From Octopus sinensis (taxonomy: Eukaryota): 64,000 nt of DNA. Positions within the stretch are counted from its first letter, which is position 1. Each line of letters begins with the position of its first letter. The stretch covers positions 93,868,001-93,932,000 of the forward strand of contig NC_043001.1 of assembly GCF_006345805.1 (NCBI RefSeq), read 5' to 3'. The notes under the pieces were generated by a model that saw nothing but the letters and a program-made list of their open reading frames with translations, was not told the origin of the DNA and did no database searches. The position numbers and the translations under genes are program-made. Below, piece after piece: positions 56,965 through 64,000 of the stretch.

Positions 56965-58000
56965 CATAGGTATATAATTTATATAATGTGGTTTTTCTTT
57001 CCCTCACATTTCCACAATCACTCTCTCCCTATATCATATATCGCTCGCAATCTTTCTCTCTCTCTCTGTCTGATAGCGTCCACGCTCATGTCCTCTCTTT
57101 TTCTCACGCTTTTTTTTTATCTCTAACATAAACACACTAAAAATTCTCTGTCTCTCTAGTTATATATCTCACGTTTTCACCATAAATCACCGCCCATGTC
57201 TCTCTCTCTCTGTTTCTCTCTCACGCACACCGTTTTTGTTCGATACACATTCTAGTGTTCTCCCTTTCAATACATACATACATACATAAAACATCCATTC
57301 ACACATTCATATTTACATACATACATACATACGTACATACATACATACATACATATGTACATACATACATATATACACTCATCAACACACACACATTCGT
57401 ACCGGCATACACACATAAACACCAATGTCTTTTAATAATTATACGTACACACAGCTAGGTATATATATATAACTTAGTTTTTATTTCAGTATATAACTAT
57501 TGGGCACCCTCTAAAAATCTCTCTTCTCTCTTTTATTATTCTTCCCTTTATTCTTACTCATTTCCTTCTATTTCTCTTTATGAATCCTTTTGTATTAAAA
57601 ACCCTATCATTTTCTCGCACTTGGTGCGACTCGGGGTATACACAAACACACACAGACAGACAGACTTACACACACACACACACACTGGGCCTTACGCATG
57701 TAGTCATTCCCCACAGAAATACATAAGCACAAACACACATACACATTCATACACTAACTCACACCTCTCCTGTAGCTATTTGTCTCTTTTCCTTTCTGTC
57801 TTTCTCAGTTAACGTTCTCACCTCAGGAGAAGAGTGGATTTTCTCTTTTACCTACGTCCGCTTCTTATCTCTCGCTTTCATTCTGTCGGTGTGACTATTC
57901 CAAGTCTCCCCTACTCTCTCTTTCTGACTGTCTCTTTTGAATACACATGTATGTACGCATATATATATAATATATATATAGTATATATAATATATATATA

Positions 58001-58150
58001 CTTTATTTAAAAGCAGCACGGGAATGTGAAACTCCGAGTAACAGGTTTTGTTGAATTTCTACTGCTTTTAAATAAAGCATATTACTTCTACCCCTGGTAT
58101 TTTGAGTACTCTTTTTTCCACCTTGTTTCACATTTATGTGTTTACTCCGG
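58001..58150 (+). mobile_element. (TA)n-embedded short fold-back element with hammerhead 3' half, Penelope-like remnant
   Basis: Arms 58001-58018 / 58060-58077; GAAA-CTCCGAG-TA at 58028-58040; tail to 58150. Confidence 0.65.
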
Positions 58151-58167
58151 TATATTATAATATATAT

Positions 58168-58225
<58 letters not shown>

Positions 58226-58891
58226 TTACATACATGTATCATTTGTATATATTCATTTGTGTATATATACTCATATATATATATGTCCGTGTGTGTATAT
58301 ACTCATAAGGATGCACTTTTCTTTCTACTTCTTTCTCTGTCTCTCTGTCTGTTTCTCTTTCTCTAATTCCATAACTTCCATGTATTGTTCATTATCACTT
58401 TCTCTTGTTCATCTCACCTCCTGTATCCTGTTTTAGTCCTTCTTTTCACATCTGTGTTTCTGTCTACTATTTTCTTCAATCATTATTCACCTATCCCTCT
58501 CTCCCACTCTCTCTCTCTCTCTCTCTCTTTGTTTCTCTCTCATACTAAATATTTCATTTTGTCTTGCCACTCACCTACACTATTTTTTAATCTATATATT
58601 TCTATGTAGACCATTCCATGTCTCCTTCACAGTCTACCTGTCTGACTTTGCTTCCACCCTCATTCTCGATAGATTTCTAACTGACATCGCCACACATTTC
58701 TTCTTTCTATCTTTCTTTTCCCCTGTCACTTAAGAGCCCTGTTACTCTCTCCCACACACGTCTCTCTTCTTTGAAAATATTCACTTTACTCCATCCTCCT
58801 TCTTCCCTTTTTTCTTCTTTCTTCTTTTCTCTCTTCACCTCATCTTATATCCCACTATCACTCATCAATCCATCCACGTTTACTGTTTCCG

Positions 58892-58924
<33 letters not shown>

Positions 58925-59281
58925 CTCAATCAATCTCTCTCGCTCACTCATTTCTCTTTGGAAATTCTTCTCTTTACCTCTTTAAGATGAAGACAATCAT
59001 TTCTATTTTCCCTTCCACCCGATACCTTGTCTTCTAGTTCTTCTCTCTTTTCATCTCATTTCTCCGACAATTGCCTTTATATATATCACACCACAACCCC
59101 TCAATCTTTCTCCCTTATTTATATCTTCCCTAGTTCTTTCACACACTCTCCCTCCTTCTTTCTATCTGTCACAAATTCCTTCTGCTCTCTTATTCGATTC
59201 CTTGTATTCATATTTCTGTAGCTCGTAAGGTGCGGCTTTCTCTCTCTTCTGTCTCTCTGTCTCTCTCTCACACATACATTC

Positions 59282-59320
<39 letters not shown>

Positions 59321-59463
59321 CTCTTCTCTCTCATTCTACCTGCCCATCTTACACTATGTGTTGGTTGTACTTTCTGTCTTATTTTTCCTAGACTGTCATA
59401 TACGGGTATACCTTCTTTATTCTATCCCCTAATTTCTTCCACTTTCTCTTACACAAAACTTTA

Positions 59464-59496
<33 letters not shown>

Positions 59497-60769
59497 CGCA
59501 CACATACACACACACAACCAAACACACGCGCACAACCACGCACATACATATGTATGTTACAGAGCTGAGTGTTACTCCTCAGAAAATTCTCAGAACTCCA
59601 ACAGAAAATTACACTCAGTGTTTGTATTGAGTACACACTTGTTTTGTTTGTAAACCCAAATATACATATGCGAATGTGTATGTATGTATATATACACAGA
59701 CAGCCCCACCCTCACATATATGTCTTCTAGATCATCCTTTTCCCTCATCCCAACTCCTTCTCAAGCCATTCTTATCTTACTCATTCACTCACTCATTTAT
59801 TCCTCTGTATCTTCTCTTCTCCCTTCTTTCTACCTCACACTTTCTCATTCTCATATTATAACCCCCAGCTTACCCTACCTTGCTCCCTGTCACTCACTCA
59901 CACTCTATTTCTCTTTTTGCCTCTGTCCCTTCTTCTGTCTCTCTCTCTCTCTCGCCTCCACTATTAAACCTACCTCTTCTAAACTCTACTAGTTGCACCC
60001 ACCTCAACACGCACGATCACTCCCACTACCACATTAATGTACGTCATCTACCCATACTCCTACTTGTCTGTGATGGTTTTGATTTTATCATCATCATTAT
60101 TATTATTAATATTATTATTATTATTATTAATATTGTCGTTGTTGTTCTTCTAGGTAATCTCCAACTTTATGTTTTTCTTCTTCTTCCGTCTTCTCCTTCC
60201 TTATTCTACTTTCATTTTTGACCATTCTCCTACTTCCGCTCTTTCGTTATTCGGAAAATATCATTGCTGGTACTGCATTCTCATGCTTATATATACCAAC
60301 CACGATAGCCAAACCAGCAGCAACAAACCAGTATTACTATAACTACTACTAGTAAATCTACCGCAATCGCTACGACTACTGCTACTACTAGTATTAATGC
60401 CACCGCTGCTATTGCACTATCGATGCCGTCTATCGAAAACACAGCCCCCATCGTTGTCGTTCTTTGCCATACGCCTAAGCTAAGTATCATCAACAACAAC
60501 AACAACAACAACGGCAACAATATTAACAGGCAAACAGCCTGCTTTAAGTCGCCGATGGTTGTGATGAGACAAAAAAATAACAAAAAAACAACAAACCAAC
60601 AACAACGACTAACAGTAACAGCGATAATGGCAACGACTAGAACAACAACGCGAAAGCTATATACACCGATGAAAAGCTGCTTGTATCACCGATCAACTGT
60701 AACTAGTGCTGTTGCTGTTACTGTTGCTGCTACCTTATAAGCATTACAAGAATAACAACAGAGGGAGAC

Positions 60770-60821
<52 letters not shown>

Positions 60822-60903
60822 AACAACAACTAATGCTGCTGCTGCTGCAGTTGCTGCTGCTAGTACTAGACAATCATGCAGGAATAGACACGCACGCATA
60901 CAT

Positions 60904-60945
<42 letters not shown>

Positions 60946-61033
60946 TGCATACAACATTAACACACGTAATGTGTATGAATGTTATGTATGTGTGTATAAA
61001 TGTATGTGTGTGTGCGTGAGAATGTGTACGTAT

Positions 61034-61086
<53 letters not shown>

Positions 61087-61266
61087 TTATATATATACGT
61101 GTATGTAACACACACATATATATGTATGTATGTATACGGATAAATGTGTCTATATATAAATATATATAGGAATTAATGTATATTTATATATATGAATGTG
61201 CACATATGTATGTGGGTGAGTATATATACATATCTCTATATTCGAGTATCCATGCATCTATGCATG

Positions 61267-61333
<67 letters not shown>

Positions 61334-61676
61334 ATGCACATCTACGAATGTGTATGTATATTAATATTCACACATACTCACCTAGGCACATAAATATATA
61401 TATTAGTGGCTACACTCAAACAAGTACATTCACACATTACTTTACTCAAATAGTTAGCGATTGTGAAATAAAGCCACAGACAAACAAAAGGCTGCCAGAG
61501 AGACAATCAGATGAAAAGATGCGTGGAGAGAAATATAATTTTGTCAAATATTTCAGTATTCATTTCTAGAGTTCCAATTAGAAGAATTGGTAAAAGTAAT
61601 ATATACCTGAATACACATCCATATAGAACATACGGAAATACACACACACACAATCACGTAATGTATTTATACACAA

Positions 61677-61733
<57 letters not shown>

Positions 61734-61883
61734 TAATAATAATAATGATAATAATAATAATGATTTCTTTTATTTACCACAAGAGTGAAGGACGAGGGTG
61801 GACAATACTAAGACAGACATAAAGTGTTGGGATTTACATATAATGAAATGATAAATGCACTGATAAAGAAGGGACATACCCTC

Positions 61884-62117
61884 CTTTTACTCTTTTACTT
61901 GTTTCAGTCATTTGACTGTGGCCATGCTGGAGCATGACAACCGATGCTTTTACGTATTCGTGTATTTACGTATTCGTAACATCGCGGTTCGGCAAAGAGA
62001 CCGATATAATAAGAACTAGGCTTACAAAGAATAAGTCCTGGCGTCGATTTGCTCGACTGAAGGCGGTGCTCCAGCATGGCCTTCCAGCAGTCAAATGACT
62101 TAAAGAAGTGAAAGAGT
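61884..62117 (+). mobile_element. 5'-truncated SINE family B preceded by an inverted copy of its 3' end
   Basis: 61884-61934 is the reverse complement of the family B 3' terminus; 61935-62117 is the sense 3' half. Confidence 0.8.
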
Positions 62118-62180
62118 AATAATAATAATAATGATAATAATGATAATAATAATAATATAATAATAATAATAATAATAATA

Positions 62181-62395
62181 GGAAACCCCAAAATGGCAGA
62201 TATTCAAAAGATAGTGCTCATGGGAACTGCTCATATCCTACGCAAAATACTTTCTATGTAATCTCAAGGTTTAAGACAAACATTTTTTTTCTTTTTCTTT
62301 TTTAGACATCCACTAATACAACACAAAAAACAACCAAATATATGGCACACTAGGCATAACAAGAACTTGTACAAATATAAAGCAAAAGTCAAAAC
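62181..62395 (+). mobile_element. 3' end of an R4/Dong-type non-LTR retrotransposon within (TAA)n
   Basis: 62181-62261 encodes GNPKMADIQKIVLMGTAHILRKILSM*, resembling the QKxxLxGTxxILR C-terminus of R4-clade ORFs; then 3' UTR; TAA repeats both sides. Confidence 0.75.
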
Positions 62396-62398
62396 ATA

Positions 62399-62427
<29 letters not shown>

Positions 62428-62429
<2 letters not shown>

Positions 62430-62632
62430 TTCAAATCTTCCAACGATGGCAGCAATGTTAAGGAAGGGATGTGTCGATTACATCGACTACAGTGTTCAAC
62501 AGTTACTTATTTTATCAATCCCCGGAAAGATGAAAGGCTAAGTCGACCTTGGCGTAATTTGAACTCATAACGTAGCAACAGACGATGTACCGCTAAGCAT
62601 TTCACCTGGCCTGCTGACGATTCTGCCAGCTC
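62428..62632 (-). mobile_element. SINE family C
   Basis: gtcgattacatcgac...gatgaaaggctaagtcgacc...gattctgccagctc. Confidence 0.85.
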
Positions 62633-62689
62633 ACAACAACAACAACCATGATGATGATAATAATAATAACAACAATAATAATAATAATA

Positions 62690-64000
62690 CGCATACTCCT
62701 CGAGAACTGTCATAACCAGCGCAGAAATTTCAGTTCTGCATGGATTGATCATTAAAAGGCTTTCAAAAGCATGCCGCATTCATGGATCTTGAAATCGCTG
62801 AATATCTTCAAAATTTCTCCCGTGATTTCAAGCTTCCTGAAGCACAGCATATCAATGTGGAATACGAATTTCCAGTTATACCACTCAAATGGAGTACTGA
62901 TCAGAAAAAAAATATTACTATCAACTCCGGCATTTTCACCTTTGATTTTCTGCATAGCCCTAATACCCCTAACAAGTGAATTCAGTAAAACAGGGCATGG
63001 ATATCAAATGGCAACAAGAAAATAAGTCATCTATTTTATATGGTTGAATGAAAACTCTATGGCAAAGACGATAATGAGTTTGAAGGACTACTACGTACTC
63101 TGAACGCATTCAGTGATGACACTGGGATGGAATTTGGTCTTGATAAATGTGCCAAGGCCACTTTCCAGAGAGAGAGAGAGACTGAAGACCTCACATTCAG
63201 TGGTGCTGGATGTTGACACACTCATAAAAGAACTCTAGCAGGAACAAACTTACAAATACCTCGGAATAAAAGAGGGCTCTGGTAATCAACATGCAAGTAT
63301 GACAGAGAAGATCAGGAAGGAGTGTTACAGGTGGGTTCGAGCAATCCTACAATCCGTGTTAAATGCACGTAACAAGGTGTTAGCTATAAATTCCTTAGCA
63401 GTGTTGCTATTTACAGATTCAATCCGTAAGTTGCTGATTTGCAATAAGTTGCACCACCCAAAGCAGACGCAGATCGTCTTTACCTACCCAGAGTTCAAAG
63501 GTGGTCGAGGCTTGATCTAATTTGAAATTTCCTACAAAACCACCAGAACTGGACTGGTAAAATATCATGTAACATCTAACGACTTGATGCTAAAGTTCGT
63601 TGAAAACCATGAAAGACGTAAGAAGATACATTCTGTGATGAAAGAGAGCAACACATTTTCATGTGAGTTGATGCATGGATTGAACTACATAAAGGAAGTG
63701 CAGCAACTGTTGTAGCAAATAGCAAAGCAAAATGCGCTTGATCAACTGGCTGATATGTGGGAACAAAAACCTCTGTATGGCAAATATGTGGCCCGCAGCG
63801 AACAAGCTGATGTAGACCAGAAGCACACTCATCAGTAAATACCGAGCTCAGGGCTAAAGGTAGAGAGTGAAGGCTTTATCTTGGCTGCTCAAGATCAGAG
63901 ATTATTGAGGCGGAACTATCAAGCCAAGTGATGAAAAATGGTGTAAACCTAAAGTGCCGATACTGCAATGAAGGAATAGAAACAGTCGACCACCTAGTCT
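62690..64000 (+). pseudogene. Decayed, 5'-truncated R4/Dong-clade non-LTR retrotransposon ORF (reverse transcriptase + CCHC knuckle); runs off window end
   Basis: AWIDH*KAFKSMPHSWI from 62738; GIF/PLIFCIALIPL; ISHLFYMVE from 63022 (decayed YMDD) then KLYGKD...GMEFGLDKCA; GGRGLI ~63500; EGFILAAQDQ ~63870; CRYCNEGIETVDHL from 63955; stops and frameshifts. Confidence 0.9.

Noticed and set aside
55441-58420. Minus-strand splice donors GAG|GTGAGA at 55447 and 57822
   Set aside because: The same 9-mer recurs at 58412 and 2561 in CT-rich DNA and no matching acceptors were found; chance is likely

Overview
AT-rich, microsatellite-saturated eukaryotic DNA. The SINE repertoire and simple-repeat load suggest a cephalopod, probably Octopus (inference, no search run). 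I can support no host protein-coding exon, tRNA or rRNA gene; nearly all listed ORFs are translations of simple repeats. The window holds many tRNA-derived SINE copies from about five families, three non-autonomous Helitron-like elements, and two decayed R4/Dong-type LINE pieces sitting in (TAA)n tracts. The most interesting signal is a set of five sequence-unrelated short inserts in or beside (TA)n tracts. Four are fold-backs with an unpaired tail, and all carry whole or partial minimal type I hammerhead ribozyme motifs with a self-complementary stem III, an architecture known from Penelope-like retroelements. One has captured about 123 bp of nearby genomic DNA in its loop with junction microhomology, and a second local templated insertion sits in another TA tract. 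One SINE family shows complete orientation bias across the window. All alignments and folds were done by eye, and boundaries of degraded repeats are approximate.
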